Shown here: one piece after another, positions 18,256 through 20,126 of the stretch | How positions within the stretch are numbered: position 1 is the first letter of the stretch | How the letters are laid out: every line of letters begins with the position of its first letter | Assembly (NCBI GenBank): GCA_048941015.1 | Contig: JBHLNZ010000053.1 | Span: 1 to 20,126, forward strand | Source of the DNA: Promethearchaeota archaeon | GTDB taxonomy: Archaea; Asgardarchaeota; Lokiarchaeia; Sigyniarchaeales; SOKP01 | Direction: 5' to 3' | Length of the DNA stretch: 20,126 bases | The notes under the pieces: generated by a model | Database searches by the model: none | What the model saw: the letters and a program-made list of their open reading frames with translations, nothing else | What the model was told of the DNA's origin: nothing | Translations under genes and position numbers: made by a program

Positions 18256-20126
18256 ATGAGTGATTCGAATGGTTACCATACCCCTGAAAAAAAAGAGCCA
18301 AGATTTAATATTGCAGAACCCCATAATTTATCACCACGGTCTAAATGGTTAAGAGATTATTACTTTAAAGGATGGGATAGAAAATGGGCTAATGAGTTCA
18401 CGTCTTTTACAACTGATACTGATTGGGATTTAATTTGGAATGAGAGAGACTATTATATAGTTCCGGAGTCTCATTTATATATTGGAAATAAGGGAAAAGG
18501 TGTATTTGAAAGTGCCTTTAGATCCATCGCGATTCCAGTAAAATTACCAGAAAATTTTTGGAAATTATCATTACCTGAACGTTTTACAACATTTTTTGAA
18601 GAAGTTGTACTTAATTATATCCCCCATGAAATTATTTCTGAAAATGATTTAATTGCAGGTGGTAGATTTAACGCTCAATTGAGTTTATGTCTTAACAAAA
18701 AGGAAACGAAAAAATTTTGGAAAGAAAATCTCCAAACAAGAAAAAAGTTCTTTAAATTTTTCAAATCTGGATTTGGAAATACTGGTGCAACAGGAGGGCA
18801 TCTTATCCCTGATTATGAAACTATAATTAATAAAGGTTTTAAGTATCTTCATCAAAAAGCTCAAGAAAGTTATGAAAAACTAAGTAATAAAGAAAAACAG
18901 GGGTCAAAAGGGCAAGAATTAAGAGCTATGATAAAATCTACTGAAATACCAAAAAAATTAGCTAAAAAGTATGCTGAAGAATGTAGAAGGTTAAAATTAG
19001 AAGCATCAACGCAAGAAAGAGTTAATGAACTCGAACAAATGGCAAAAAATTTAGACCGGGTACCTTGGGAACCTGCAGAAACTTTTTGGCAAGGACTCCA
19101 AGCTATTTGGCTAGTTCATATGCTTATACAGACTGAAGAATCATATCCTGGAGCGGGAACATCTTTTGGAAGAACTGATAAGCATCTATGGCATTTATAT
19201 AAAAAAGATGTAATAGATGAGAAAAATATTACAAAAGAATTTGCTAAAGATATTCTTGGAAGCTTTTGGTTTCATTGTAATACTGCTTATGATGCTATGC
19301 TTATGGTAGGAAAACAAGGTATAACTTCAGCATTTGGACAATTAATGACTTTATCTGGATGCGGTCCAAATGGAGAAGATTTAACAAATGAACTAACCTA
19401 TACAATACTAGAAGTTATCGATGAATGGTCACCTATCCTTGAACCAAAGCCTAATATACGTCTGCATAGAAATTCTCCAGAAAAATTGTTAAACATTGTT
19501 ATTGATATGGTATCAAGATCTCAGGGTGCTCCTTTTCTTATCAATTTTGATGAAAGAAGCATAGCAGGAATGCTTGAAGAAGGGATTCCAAAAGATGAAG
19601 CTTGGGATTATGCCTGCGTAGGATGCCTTGAAAATACCATGCAAGGAAACGATCGCTCTGGGACAGTGAATTGTAATCCTAATCTTGCAAAGAGTATTGA
19701 ATTAACTCTTTGGAATGGTAAAAATATGCCTGGTAATTTTATTAAACCATGGTCTAAAGATGGAGAGCAATTCGGGCCAAAAACAGGGAATCCAGAAAAT
19801 TTTAAGACTTGGGAAGAATTTTGGAGTGCTTGGAAAGAGCAGATTAAGTTTATGATTAAATATCTAGTACAAGTAAATAATATGACGGAAGCCATTCGTG
19901 GTAAATATATACCAACACCATATTTGTCTACATTCGTAAAGGGATGCATAGAAAGAGGATTAGATGTAAGAAATGGTGGTCCTGAATTACGATTTGTAAC
20001 TGTAAATGGTGTTGGTTTTGGGACTACTGTTGATTCATTGCTGGCTATCAAAAAGTTAGTATTTGAAGATAAAAAGTATACCATTGCTCAAATTAAAGAT
20101 GCTTTAATCAATAATTTTGAGGGAGA
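18256..20126 (+). CDS. Glycyl radical enzyme (PFL2/dehydratase-eliminase-like family), 3' end runs off window
   Basis: Not in ORF track. Open from ATG 18256 to the window edge (623 codons): GGHLIPDYE, RVPWEPAETFWQGLQAIW, SFGRTD, TLSGCGPNGEDLTNELTY, EPKPNIRLH, Cys loop DYACVGCLE (Cys at 19624-19626), PTPYLSTFVKGCIERGLDV, GVGFGTTVDSLLAIKKLVF. The C-terminal Gly loop lies outside the window. Confidence 0.92.
   Translation, partial: MSDSNGYHTPEKKEPRFNIAEPHNLSPRSKWLRDYYFKGWDRKWANEFTSFTTDTDWDLIWNERDYYIVPESHLYIGNKGKGVFESAFRSIAIPVKLPENFWKLSLPERFTTFFEEVVLNYIPHEIISENDLIAGGRFNAQLSLCLNKKETKKFWKENLQTRKKFFKFFKSGFGNTGATGGHLIPDYETIINKGFKYLHQKAQESYEKLSNKEKQGSKGQELRAMIKSTEIPKKLAKKYAEECRRLKLEASTQERVNELEQMAKNLDRVPWEPAETFWQGLQAIWLVHMLIQTEESYPGAGTSFGRTDKHLWHLYKKDVIDEKNITKEFAKDILGSFWFHCNTAYDAMLMVGKQGITSAFGQLMTLSGCGPNGEDLTNELTYTILEVIDEWSPILEPKPNIRLHRNSPEKLLNIVIDMVSRSQGAPFLINFDERSIAGMLEEGIPKDEAWDYACVGCLENTMQGNDRSGTVNCNPNLAKSIELTLWNGKNMPGNFIKPWSKDGEQFGPKTGNPENFKTWEEFWSAWKEQIKFMIKYLVQVNNMTEAIRGKYIPTPYLSTFVKGCIERGLDVRNGGPELRFVTVNGVGFGTTVDSLLAIKKLVFEDKKYTIAQIKDALINNFEG

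Noticed and set aside
19608-20084. 158-aa minus-strand ORF
   Set aside because: Antisense shadow of the glycyl radical enzyme gene that the ORF track missed.
7166-20126. Choline-to-TMA pathway linking the glycyl radical enzyme (as CutC) with MttB
   Set aside because: The Cys loop is GCLEN rather than GCVEP, the MttB lacks the pyrrolysine used for TMA, and the genes are about 10 kb apart.

Overview
Very AT-rich, gene-dense archaeal chromosomal window. Orc1/Cdc6, a single XerA-type recombinase, oligo-T terminators, GGTGA-type ribosome binding sites and frequent TTG/GTG starts point to an archaeon. The gene mix resembles Asgard/Lokiarchaeia, which is inference only. Gene order: partial DUF47/PhoU-like gene, DUF2284, GNAT, purA, GIFT-domain (GldG/IFT52-like) protein, tldD-pmbA, non-pyrrolysine MttB-family methyltransferase, DUF362 Fe-S protein, small Zn-ribbon protein, steroid 5-alpha-reductase-like gene convergent with a 3beta-HSD-like extended SDR, cdc6, xerA, an atypical thioredoxin reductase, two membrane proteins, an unannotated 54-aa ORF, an SRPBCC protein and a partial glycyl radical enzyme. 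The ORF track misses three of these: the DUF47 gene, the 54-aa ORF and the glycyl radical enzyme. The most notable signals are a 9-8-9 inverted repeat with extra half-sites directly upstream of xerA (dif/operator candidate) next to cdc6, and a 10-4-10 palindrome with parS-like ACGT units at about 17.2 kb. Also notable are the steroid-enzyme-like gene pair, a TrxR lacking NADPH motifs, and a glycyl radical enzyme with a GCLE loop of unknown substrate. No rRNA, tRNA, CRISPR array or transposase was recognised.
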